Source: a virus (taxonomy: Duplodnaviria > Caudoviricetes). Taken from it: a stretch of 64,000 nt of DNA. The DNA is taken from the IMG/VR virus record IMGVR_UViG_3300025168_016729, positions 637 to 64,636 of that record; one strand, given 5' to 3'. Positions within the stretch are counted from its first letter, which is position 1, and each line of letters begins with the position of its first letter. The notes beneath the pieces were generated by a model. It did not search any database. It saw only the letters and a list, made by a program, of their open reading frames with translations, and was not told where the DNA came from. Shown piece by piece: positions 48,126 to 56,488 of this stretch. A program made the position numbers and the translations under genes.

Positions 48126-49738
48126 TGTTCAAATATATCCCGGAATCTGTTTAAAATTTCTTGTTCTTCTAGAGTCTTTTTTTGATGATTTTCCGGTGAA
48201 GTACTCAAGCCCTTGGGGTTGAAATAATATAGGCCTAAAACTTGAGACACTCGTTTAAATACACTACCAGACTTTACACACCTCAGCCAAAATTCTAGAT
48301 CACCAGCAGAGCTATATTTTTCATCAAAATATCCATATCTTTCATGAAGATCTTTTTTCCACAAAGGCATACACCCAGGCAAACATTTAAACATTAGTTT
48401 AGGATCATATTCATGGGTTTCAAAAAGTTGACGACTTTTGGTAGTATAAAAAGTTTCATCCGCTTGCCCAGTTATGAGAAAAGCAGGATAGACTAAATCA
48501 ATTTCAGAGGAAGAAGTAATTTCTTTTAAGCACAATTCTAAATTATCATATGATCGGCAGTCATCTAAATTAGCGTTTGTGATATATTTTGCTGAACTAT
48601 TCTTTATTGCTATATTCCAAGCTCCATATACGCCTGGATCTACTTCTTGATAGTAATAAATAATATTAGGATATTTTTCCATATATTTATCAATAACTGT
48701 CTTTTCATAACTGGTTTCTGTTTTATTGCAGTCTACTAAGATTAATTCGCATTTAGAAAATATGGTTTGTTGAGTAATTTCGTTTAAAAATTTATCTATA
48801 AATTCCGAACCATTATATACCGAAGTTATAATTGATATTTCTGGATTCTGAGAGACAAAAGAATTAGAATGGGCGTCTGAAGAATTGGAATTTACTAGTT
48901 CACAGATTTCCGCTAATTTCTCTCTTTTGTGAGTGATAACTTCTTGTAATAATATTTCTTGATCAGAATAAGTATACTTTTCATTTATAGCCCCTACCAT
49001 ATCATTTGTTATAACTTTACACCCCGCTAATTTTGCCTCCATAAAAATCCGAGAAAAAGTTTCTGGACTAGATGGTAAAAATGCAAAATATTCGTACTGT
49101 AGCAGTTTTTCAAAGAGACTATAAGGGTCTGGTTCGGAAACCAAGTCATATTCTAAATTATTTTCCTTACAATAGTTTTCAGCAGCGAGTTGACCCTTTA
49201 TAGGATTATCGCTCTTCATAATAGCTACTTTAGGATGGCGTAAGATATTTTCCGAAATCTTACTCTTTACATTATCTAAAAAATGGTCGCTCCAAAATGA
49301 CCCACCCATGTTATACAGGTTGTTAAAGAGAGGTAAATTTTTAGTTACAATATCTACGTGGTATTGTGATTGACAGCATACCCTTGTTGCATTTTTGTAC
49401 AAACTTTTATATACTATTTGATTTTCGGGTACTTTAAAATTAACATACTTTGCAGGGTTTCTATTTGAACAATATTTGTGATCATGTTCATAAATCAAGT
49501 AGTTTAAGGATTCTAGTTTTTCTATAGCATCAGCGGGAACCGACAAAAAACTTCCTAAGATAAAAAAACAATTTTTTCTTGTCTGCAAATATGCTGGCGT
49601 AATCTTAAAACCATGTACTTCTTCTACATTAAGTCCATTATTGCGCAGATAGTTTACTATTTCTTTATTTGCAAGTTCTGCGCCGCCTTGTGGGATTTCT
49701 TCCACAAAACCATCAGCTACAAAAACAACATCCACCAT
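48122..49738 (-). CDS. Bifunctional glycosyltransferase (GT4-like + GT2)
   Basis: N-half GGAE...ETFSRIFMEA..AGC; C-half ISIITSVYN, ELILVD, GVYGAWN, NLDD, DLEFWLR. Confidence 0.85.
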   Translation of the reverse strand: MVDVVFVADGFVEEIPQGGAELANKEIVNYLRNNGLNVEEVHGFKITPAYLQTRKNCFFILGSFLSVPADAIEKLESLNYLIYEHDHKYCSNRNPAKYVNFKVPENQIVYKSLYKNATRVCCQSQYHVDIVTKNLPLFNNLYNMGGSFWSDHFLDNVKSKISENILRHPKVAIMKSDNPIKGQLAAENYCKENNLEYDLVSEPDPYSLFEKLLQYEYFAFLPSSPETFSRIFMEAKLAGCKVITNDMVGAINEKYTYSDQEILLQEVITHKREKLAEICELVNSNSSDAHSNSFVSQNPEISIITSVYNGSEFIDKFLNEITQQTIFSKCELILVDCNKTETSYEKTVIDKYMEKYPNIIYYYQEVDPGVYGAWNIAIKNSSAKYITNANLDDCRSYDNLELCLKEITSSSEIDLVYPAFLITGQADETFYTTKSRQLFETHEYDPKLMFKCLPGCMPLWKKDLHERYGYFDEKYSSAGDLEFWLRCVKSGSVFKRVSQVLGLYYFNPKGLSTSPENHQKKTLEEQEILNRFRDIFEQ

Positions 49739-49739
49739 A

Positions 49740-50999
49740 CTAAACTACCTTTATTTCGGTGTTAGTATTATCCCAATCTTTCTTGTTATTATAAACATCA
49801 GCACAAATACTACCAATTTTATCATATTGTTCTTTTTCAGAAAATTTCTCTTTGAGATACGTCTGTAAAGTTGCGGCTATATTTCTTTTTGCTATGTGAG
49901 CATTTACCATATTTCTCATAGCCTTTTTAGAACTATTCATATCACAGTGGGCCCACTTCATATCGGGAAACAAAATATTGTCCATTACTGCACCTTCACC
50001 TATTTCCTTAATATCACATCGTATTCTTTCATACATGTCCTTAGATTTTTTACCTTGACCAATCTTAAGAAAATCTAAATGTCCCGACCATCCCGAAACA
50101 CACACAGGCATTCCACTATATGCAGCCTCAAAAATGGGTAAACCAAAGCCCTCGCCATGTGTAGTACTCACATAAGCATTAATCTGAGGATGGGTATATA
50201 AGCCATGGATTTCTTCTTCAGTCATAGATCCATGAATCCAGTGAATTTTACATTTTGCATCTTTAAAATTTTGACGGAGGGGAGAGAACAATTGTTTGTC
50301 TAACATCTGCCGATCAAATATAGAATTATTCGCATGATGTATTTTTGCTACTAATCCAATATTTTCATTATGAAACTCTTCCATAAACCAATGTAAAAGT
50401 TGTTCCACCCCTTTACGAGGAGAAATCTGAGATATCGTTAGGAAATTAAACTCGGTATCTAAAGATATTTTATCTTCCAAAGACATAGGTGTAATAGATT
50501 TAACCGGATATCCCACTACATCAGAACTGGTTGAGATACCGGTTCTCTGAATGACAGAATTTGAATTTTCTGCCTGAAGATTGAAAATGGTGTCAGTAAA
50601 CCCTTTTTGAGAATGTTTACTGGTAAATATAATATGATCCATAGAATTAGATGGGTTAACCCATGAAACAGGAATTCTGTCCGTCTCAATTCCAGCAGTT
50701 ATACCTATATTGCAGTTTGATGGAAATTGTTGTGAATATGAATCCCATTCATTTGGTACCGTAACCTGAATTACTAGGTCATAATCTCCTTTAAATAATT
50801 CTTTCTTTATCACCAGAGATTCATAGAGCTTAATATTCCTATCGTTATCAGAAATCCAACTAGAATTACCCCAATGAATAGGATGAGCATGTAAATCAAA
50901 AACTTCAGGCTGACTATTCAGGGCATTAATAATAAACCGGCCGTGTTCTCCATATCCGCTACGTGTAAATAATGGTGAAATAACTAGAGTTCTTATCAT
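49740..50999 (-). CDS. GT4-family glycosyltransferase
   Basis: SGYG, RKG, GEGFGLPIFEAAYSGMPV...WSGHLDF. Confidence 0.9.
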   Translation of the reverse strand: MIRTLVISPLFTRSGYGEHGRFIINALNSQPEVFDLHAHPIHWGNSSWISDNDRNIKLYESLVIKKELFKGDYDLVIQVTVPNEWDSYSQQFPSNCNIGITAGIETDRIPVSWVNPSNSMDHIIFTSKHSQKGFTDTIFNLQAENSNSVIQRTGISTSSDVVGYPVKSITPMSLEDKISLDTEFNFLTISQISPRKGVEQLLHWFMEEFHNENIGLVAKIHHANNSIFDRQMLDKQLFSPLRQNFKDAKCKIHWIHGSMTEEEIHGLYTHPQINAYVSTTHGEGFGLPIFEAAYSGMPVCVSGWSGHLDFLKIGQGKKSKDMYERIRCDIKEIGEGAVMDNILFPDMKWAHCDMNSSKKAMRNMVNAHIAKRNIAATLQTYLKEKFSEKEQYDKIGSICADVYNNKKDWDNTNTEIKVV

Positions 51000-52258
51000 A
51001 GTGTTTTTACCTCCCAGGAATTATAGTTTTTACGAGTTTCCCACGAGCCATTTTTATTATAAATATCAGTCATTAAGTCAACCCAATTTTTTCCAAAATC
51101 TTCAAAGTTATAATTCTTTTGAACATGTAAGCTTCCCTGCTTGCCTAACTCTGCTCTTTCTTTAGGAGACATATAAAACATCTTTTCTAAGGCAGCTACA
51201 AATTCATCCTCGTTTATACGATCTTCATAAATCCACGGAACATTCAAAGATCCGATAACCGCTTTGGAACTAGGCTCAATGCCGATGCCGAAATAATTCT
51301 CCCCATCGGTTACTTGCTCTTGTAGTCCACCCGTCATAGTTACAACAATAGGAGTCTGACATGATAAAGATTCCAGTGTTCCTAATCCAAATCCTTCAGC
51401 ATCCGAAATATTAACAGTAACGTCTGAAGCATTATACATCAATGATAAGTGTTCTGGTGAAACTTTTTGTGTTGAAAAAACAATCTGTCCCTTATTGAGA
51501 CCTAAATGTTCTGCCACCACATGAAGTGGCTGACCGTGAGGATCATTAATATCAGTATGCATCATCAAACACGCTTTGTCATGTCCAACTTTGTCTAAGA
51601 ATTTTTTAAACCAAAAAATAAGAGATCCACTTTGCTTGCGGCGGGCATTTCTATTATTCCAGTAAAATATTACCTTATCTTCGGCTCCAATTTGTTTTCT
51701 CATCTCTGCCATATGCTGAAGAGATACAGGATCATCTAATTTTTTAAATATTTTAGAGTTAACTGCATGAGGAATATAGTGTTCCTCAACATCAGGCGAA
51801 ACCGTCTGAACAATATCACTGGTTACTTTTGAAATAGTAGCTACAACATCCGTAGAATCGTACCAAACTTTATTATAGGTAGGATAAGGGTAGTTGTCCC
51901 AAACATGGTAATAAACCATAGTAACAGACTCTCTTATTTCGTCTTCCATCTGCCATAACCAATCATAAAATCTAGGATCAGTCATGAAGTATAAAATATC
52001 AGGACGATGTTGTCGTAAAACTGACCTAATAAGATTTTGATCACCATAGGCATCTACCGGAAATATTTTCCAATTATCTTCCCACCCATCTACGATAACT
52101 GGAGTATAATCATTATGAGATATAGCCCCTCCTAGAGAAATTACCTCAAATCTTCCAGTTTTCAATAGAGACTCTATAACATAGCGAGTCTGAGTACCAA
52201 CACCCGAAGGAGATAAAGGATGATCACTAATTGTTAAGATTTTTATCTTTTTTGTCAA
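50996..52258 (-). CDS. GT4-family glycosyltransferase
   Basis: SDHP..PSGVG, NRN.RRK, AEGFGL..LES.....PI; TTG start with an AGGAGG SD. Confidence 0.9.
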   Translation of the reverse strand: MTKKIKILTISDHPLSPSGVGTQTRYVIESLLKTGRFEVISLGGAISHNDYTPVIVDGWEDNWKIFPVDAYGDQNLIRSVLRQHRPDILYFMTDPRFYDWLWQMEDEIRESVTMVYYHVWDNYPYPTYNKVWYDSTDVVATISKVTSDIVQTVSPDVEEHYIPHAVNSKIFKKLDDPVSLQHMAEMRKQIGAEDKVIFYWNNRNARRKQSGSLIFWFKKFLDKVGHDKACLMMHTDINDPHGQPLHVVAEHLGLNKGQIVFSTQKVSPEHLSLMYNASDVTVNISDAEGFGLGTLESLSCQTPIVVTMTGGLQEQVTDGENYFGIGIEPSSKAVIGSLNVPWIYEDRINEDEFVAALEKMFYMSPKERAELGKQGSLHVQKNYNFEDFGKNWVDLMTDIYNKNGSWETRKNYNSWEVKTL

Positions 52259-52270
52259 GACAGGCTCCTC

Positions 52271-53110
52271 CTATAAGCAGTGTTTTGTCTGGTAAAATTC
52301 ACAAGTGCCAAAGCGGTCTTTGCAATTAGTACAAGCAATACGATTCTTGATATAATTTTCTTTGTTAATATTATGCAGTGCTTTTGTCAAGGCGTTAAGG
52401 GCATCAGTTGTTCTTTTTTTCGCTGCCGTTACTCTGACAAACTCTGCCTTGTTACCAGCCTTAGCTGTTCGCTTTAAAAGGACAAAATGACAATCAATAT
52501 CTTTTGGATCTACCTCATATTTACGAGCATAAAAATGTTTGTAGTAAACTAATTGGTAAGCCAGAATTTTATCACTTTTTTTCTGAGGCTGCCAGCCCCA
52601 CGAACAAGTCTTCCAGTCAATCAGGTGAATCTTCTCATCCTTCTTGGAGTAGACAACAAGGTCAATAAAGCCTTTAAACTTTTTTTCTGCTTCCGTGAAT
52701 TCAGTAATAGGCACATAGAGTTGCTCTTCTGCTTTGAGCACTTCCCAGTCCTCGCCTAACTTGCCGAACTTCTCAGTCAAGCAGCGGTAGAGGTCGGGAA
52801 CGATTTCCAAACCACTTACAAGCCACTCTTTGAGCTTAAAATCACGCTTGGCTCTTTGTTGTTCATCCTCGGGCAAAGCCTTGAGTTCTTTCAGAAACTG
52901 CTCTTTAACTAGCGCCTCAATTGCGCCGGGCTTCCGATACTTTTCAGGGGAAGTTAAAGTATACTCGCAAACCGTATGGAGAGCTTTACCAAAGGCAGTA
53001 AATATATTACCCTCAAACTGAGTAACCTTATCAATATATGTTAATTTGTGATAATGGGGACAAATGTGCCAATTCCGCCACTCGGAATAGGAGATATGCT
53101 TACCAGCCAA
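52271..53110 (-). CDS. PD-(D/E)XK exonuclease, RecB/AddB/Cas4-like, with probable Fe-S Cys ligands
   Basis: ISYS....CP, G..LH, E, GFIDLV, IDWKT, QLVYY and C-terminal CTNC...C.F....C. Confidence 0.88.
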   Translation of the reverse strand: MAGKHISYSEWRNWHICPHYHKLTYIDKVTQFEGNIFTAFGKALHTVCEYTLTSPEKYRKPGAIEALVKEQFLKELKALPEDEQQRAKRDFKLKEWLVSGLEIVPDLYRCLTEKFGKLGEDWEVLKAEEQLYVPITEFTEAEKKFKGFIDLVVYSKKDEKIHLIDWKTCSWGWQPQKKSDKILAYQLVYYKHFYARKYEVDPKDIDCHFVLLKRTAKAGNKAEFVRVTAAKKRTTDALNALTKALHNINKENYIKNRIACTNCKDRFGTCEFYQTKHCL

Positions 53111-53124
53111 AAGTTCCTTCTTTC

Positions 53125-53793
53125 TTAATAAACTTGATAATGATGTAGTTCATCAATTTTATCATATAACATTGGGCTAATTTTTTCTAGGGCATCTCGC
53201 TTACCTAAATAATATGCCTCAAACCCAGTAGCAAAATATTCTCGTATGGAAACGGCGGCGTAAGGTCGGATAAATAAACCAGTAGTCACCATTCGTAACA
53301 TATTTGTTCCTACCCTCTTATAGAGGAAGATATCAAATGACTGATCAAACTTTAATCTATCAAAATCATATTCATTAACCCAGTAACCCTCAGACTGAAG
53401 TTCAAATTTAAGCTCACTTCTTTTCTTTAAAAATTCATTAATAAGAGATTCATCACTATAAATGGCCTCGGGAAATAAAGTTTCCATGTGATGCGCAAAC
53501 TCATGCACAATATCGTCCATTAGGTCTTTGTTATTTTTTTGACGGTTTGTCATTTGTAAAACCTGGTCCCTATAAACCGCATTAACTCCTCTGCGATCAA
53601 ACTCATCGTCATGTTGTATTTTAATTGCTCGGAGACCATGAAAATAATGAGTAGGAAAATTAGTTTCCAAAGTCTTTAAAATAGCCCCTAGATTAATATT
53701 ATCAGGAAGAGCATCCAACTCAAGAACCTCAATTTTCCCAGAGCTAAAATTTTTAGTAGTGTTTTCTACTTTTTCTTTAATATAATTTCTCAT
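53125..53793 (-). CDS. Zincin metallopeptidase (HExxH; lethal-factor/MPTase-like)
   Basis: VHEFAHH, plus YA....EYFA.GF..Y and L...SP.LY. Confidence 0.75.
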   Translation of the reverse strand: MRNYIKEKVENTTKNFSSGKIEVLELDALPDNINLGAILKTLETNFPTHYFHGLRAIKIQHDDEFDRRGVNAVYRDQVLQMTNRQKNNKDLMDDIVHEFAHHMETLFPEAIYSDESLINEFLKKRSELKFELQSEGYWVNEYDFDRLKFDQSFDIFLYKRVGTNMLRMVTTGLFIRPYAAVSIREYFATGFEAYYLGKRDALEKISPMLYDKIDELHHYQVY

Positions 53794-55097
53794 AAAATTT
53801 CGGCTGCCAGCGTGGCAAGTTTTGACCTTTCACCTTTATAAAGTGTTACATGACCAGAGATTTTGTATTCTTTAAATTTTTCAACAGCATGAGTAAGCCC
53901 ATTAGAAACAGCATCTACATAAGAATTATCAATTTGTTGAATATCACCTGTAAGCACTAATTTTGTTCCATGTCCGACTCTAGTTATTATAGTCTTTAAT
54001 TCGTGTGCTGTTAAGTTCTGGGCTTCATCTACAATCATAAAAGCATTGGAAATTGAACGACCTCTAATATATGTCATTGCTTCTATCTCTATTGTACCCT
54101 GCTCCATTTGCATGTCAAGTGCCATTTTGTCTCCAAATAAATATTCTAGATTATCTCGGAGAGGTGCAATCCATGGCATCATCTTTTCTTCTAGTGTTCC
54201 TGGCAGGAATCCTATATCTCGTCCCATTGGTTGAACAGGTCTGGTTATTATCAGTTTGTCGTAACCACCTTGAGATTTAGTATTATGTAAAACTTGTTCC
54301 AACCCACATGCTGCGGCTATTAATGTTTTTCCTGTTCCTGCTTGGCCAGTTAAAGAAATTATTTGTATATCTTTATCAAACAAGAGATCCATTGCATATT
54401 TTTGTTCTTTATTGTTTGCGGTCAATCCCCATATATCTTTATACGTGTAGACTTTTCTCAAAGGAGTGTCATAATCAACAAAGCGACATAAGGCTGATTT
54501 CTTATCATCATTATCAGACTTTAATACCAAGTAATGGTTGGGATAAAGTTCAATCTTTTGCTCGGGTAGAAATATATCCTCATCTTCATAAAACCGCTCT
54601 ATGATACTATCTTCTACTAAAAGTTCTGAACTTCCATCATAAAGTTTTTCTATGGATTTAACGGCTTGCTGAGGTTGGTAATCATAACATTCAATTCCAA
54701 AAGAATCACACTTGACTCTCATATTGAGGTCGCGAGATATAACCGCTACATCATGGCCCTCCAATTGGAGGCGGATCGCGATCGCAATAATTTTATTATC
54801 CGAATCGGTCTGCTCCATTCCCGATGGCAAGTACCGAGGATCATATTGTGCTGCGAAGACCTTACCCTTCCCAGTTCCCAAAGGAACACCAGAAAAAAGA
54901 CTCCCCTTTGATCTCATTTTGTCCAGCAGACGGTTCATAGTGCGAGCGTTCAGACCAGCAGTATCTTGGCGATGTTTGTGTTTATCTATTTCATCTAAAA
55001 CAATTGTTGGTATGCCAATATTACTTCGCCCAAAGGAGAATAACGACTGAGGCTCTGTTAAATATACGTTTGTATCTAGGATTAAAGTTTTATTCAA
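53790..55097 (-). CDS. phoH: PIN-PhoH (PhoH2/YlaK-type) RNase-ATPase
   Basis: N-terminal PIN (ILDTNV, VLDEID, D.KII, SRDLNMR); Walker A GQAGTGKT; GFLPG; RGRS; DEAQN; GD.QQID. Confidence 0.95.
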   Translation of the reverse strand: MNKTLILDTNVYLTEPQSLFSFGRSNIGIPTIVLDEIDKHKHRQDTAGLNARTMNRLLDKMRSKGSLFSGVPLGTGKGKVFAAQYDPRYLPSGMEQTDSDNKIIAIAIRLQLEGHDVAVISRDLNMRVKCDSFGIECYDYQPQQAVKSIEKLYDGSSELLVEDSIIERFYEDEDIFLPEQKIELYPNHYLVLKSDNDDKKSALCRFVDYDTPLRKVYTYKDIWGLTANNKEQKYAMDLLFDKDIQIISLTGQAGTGKTLIAAACGLEQVLHNTKSQGGYDKLIITRPVQPMGRDIGFLPGTLEEKMMPWIAPLRDNLEYLFGDKMALDMQMEQGTIEIEAMTYIRGRSISNAFMIVDEAQNLTAHELKTIITRVGHGTKLVLTGDIQQIDNSYVDAVSNGLTHAVEKFKEYKISGHVTLYKGERSKLATLAAEIL

Positions 55098-55124
55098 AGT
55101 TTTTCCGTTCTATAGTGGTGTATT

Positions 55125-55132
55125 ATAAATAG
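55125..55132 (-). promoter_or_regulatory. Putative late promoter CTATTTAT upstream of phoH
   Basis: Lies directly after the tmRNA terminator, 27 nt before the TTG start. Confidence 0.5.
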
Positions 55133-55140
55133 CTAACGTA

Positions 55141-55167
55141 AAAGAAAAAAGCCGCCCGAAGGCGGCT
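55141..55167 (-). terminator. Intrinsic terminator of the tmRNA
   Basis: Minus strand AGCCGCC-TTCG-GGCGGCT followed by a T tract; C(UUCG)G tetraloop. Confidence 0.9.
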
Positions 55168-55491
55168 GGTGGAGGTAGGGAGAATTGAACTCCCGTCTTG
55201 TCTAGTTCCATAAAGCGGTCATTCACAAGGTTGTGTCTGTATTTATCGTCGGACAGACAACTTGACTAGATCGTTTTATTGCGGCTAAAACAATCAAAAG
55301 CACTTGGGACTGCCTAATACGGCTTTCTGTTTATTGGCTGCCGTCGCCTCAAGAGTGGTCAGGTTATTAAGCCGCCATCTCCATGTTTAAATCGTTATTT
55401 GCGATTAAAAATTTAAGCGTTTTTAGTGAGCCACGCTTCCCTCACCCTTGCACCGTTTTTACTTCCCCATCAATCTATCCCGATTACCCCC
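55167..55491 (-). ncRNA. ssrA: tmRNA (325 nt), tag peptide (A)ANNDLNMEMAA
   Basis: 5' GGGGGUA pairs with 3' UACCUCC-ACCA (G3:U70 Ala identity, encoded CCA). T-arm GGGAG-UUCAAUU-CUCCC. Pseudoknot 1 stems GUGAG/CUCAC and AAGCGU/ACGCUU. Tag ORF at 55402-55367 ends in AA with a double TAA. Confidence 0.95.
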
Positions 55492-55501
55492 TTGTATAAT
55501 A

Positions 55502-55530
55502 GTTATACACTATAACGAAACACTTGTCAA
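55502..55530 (-). promoter_or_regulatory. sigma70 promoter of the tmRNA
   Basis: TTGACA-N17-TATAAC, ending 10 nt upstream of the mature 5' end. Confidence 0.8.
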
Positions 55531-55575
55531 GTTATTTACTCTTTTATATATGCTAGCAAATTAATAGTAGTAAAT

Positions 55576-55609
55576 GTAAGAAGTAGTAAGAAGTAGTAAG
55601 AAGTAGTAA
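55576..55609. repeat. Tandem repeat (GTAAGAAGTA) x3 plus a partial copy
   Basis: Exact 10-bp units at 55576, 55586 and 55596 in an AT-rich intergenic region. Confidence 0.9.
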
Positions 55610-55640
55610 AAAAAGATAAGTTGTTTAAAGCTTGCAATTC

Positions 55641-55668
55641 ATTATAACGAAGTAAAAAAAAGTGTTAA
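55641..55668 (-). promoter_or_regulatory. Second sigma70-like promoter upstream of the repeats and tmRNA
   Basis: TTAACA-N16-TATAAT on the minus strand. Confidence 0.5.
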
Positions 55669-55674
55669 GAGTGA

Positions 55675-56478
55675 TTAGGCAAATAAATCTAATTCTTCTG
55701 AATCACTGCCTGATGATGGGTCAGGAACCTCTGAATTTTCTTCCTCCTCTTCTTCTTTTTCTTTTTCATATTCGGGAGTGGTAGCATCGGGCAAATTAGA
55801 TTGTAACTCATCTTCAAACTTATCAAAATATAATAACATATTTGTTAATAAATAATCATAGAAAAGATTCTTATCTTCTTCATCTGCTAACATATCATAT
55901 GCATCCACAATTTGTTTTTCTACTTGCTTGAAAGTAGTGGCAGCAAAATTTCTTCCAGTTTCATTTTGGTCTTTAATTTTTACAAATTCACTATCTTCAT
56001 CTTCTCCATCAATACTGATAAACTCGCCCTCAATTGACTCTTCCTCATCACCATCGGCTTGAGGATCTAAATTAATTGATACCTTTTCTGATAATAAATC
56101 TTTGTCAATATTAAACTCATAATTTTCAGGAAGTTTTTCAGCATCAGTATTTGCTTCAATAGGCCTAAGCGAGTTCTTTATCGCATGTATAATATGATTT
56201 CTGAAAGACTCTCTTTGTTCATCTGACGTCGTTAACATCTTATAATCATCTTCTATAACTGGAATGATTTTCTCCAATAAGTTAGCTAAGACATTTATAC
56301 CAGTAAACTCACTAGGCTCCTCTGTACCAGTTTCAGCCTCTAGGATTATTTTTCGCACAACATAACGAATCTTCTGCTCAGCTAGATTTTTATGACGAAC
56401 ATTTTCACTGATTCTAGTTCTAATATGGGTACGAATTAACTCTTCAGCAATCATTTGGTCTCTTAAAATTGTAGTCAT
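55675..56478 (-). CDS. Acidic hypothetical protein with repeated E..(L/I)R..(I/V)R..I.E leader helices
   Basis: Track ORF 55675..56514. The ATG at 56478 is preferred because it avoids the overlap and follows an ATAATTAT motif. Confidence 0.7.
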   Translation of the reverse strand: MTTILRDQMIAEELIRTHIRTRISENVRHKNLAEQKIRYVVRKIILEAETGTEEPSEFTGINVLANLLEKIIPVIEDDYKMLTTSDEQRESFRNHIIHAIKNSLRPIEANTDAEKLPENYEFNIDKDLLSEKVSINLDPQADGDEEESIEGEFISIDGEDEDSEFVKIKDQNETGRNFAATTFKQVEKQIVDAYDMLADEEDKNLFYDYLLTNMLLYFDKFEDELQSNLPDATTPEYEKEKEEEEEENSEVPDPSSGSDSEELDLFA

Positions 56479-56488
56479 GGTAATATAA

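Noticed and set aside
39569-52258. Bacterial O-antigen locus, meaning the window is a host chromosome or prophage flank
   Set aside because: There are no wzx/wzy/wzm/wzt or housekeeping genes, the cluster is contiguous and coupled with phage genes on both sides, and no integrase or att site is seen.
52271-53110. Cas4-like nuclease as a sign of a CRISPR-Cas locus
   Set aside because: No repeat-spacer array or other cas genes are visible, and solo PD-(D/E)XK nucleases are common in large phages.
55167-55200. tRNA gene (T-arm and CCA visible)
   Set aside because: The matching acceptor strand is 325 nt away with a tag ORF in between, so this is a tmRNA.
55576-55609. Tandem repeat as a mini CRISPR array
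   Set aside because: The 10-bp units are contiguous, with no spacers.
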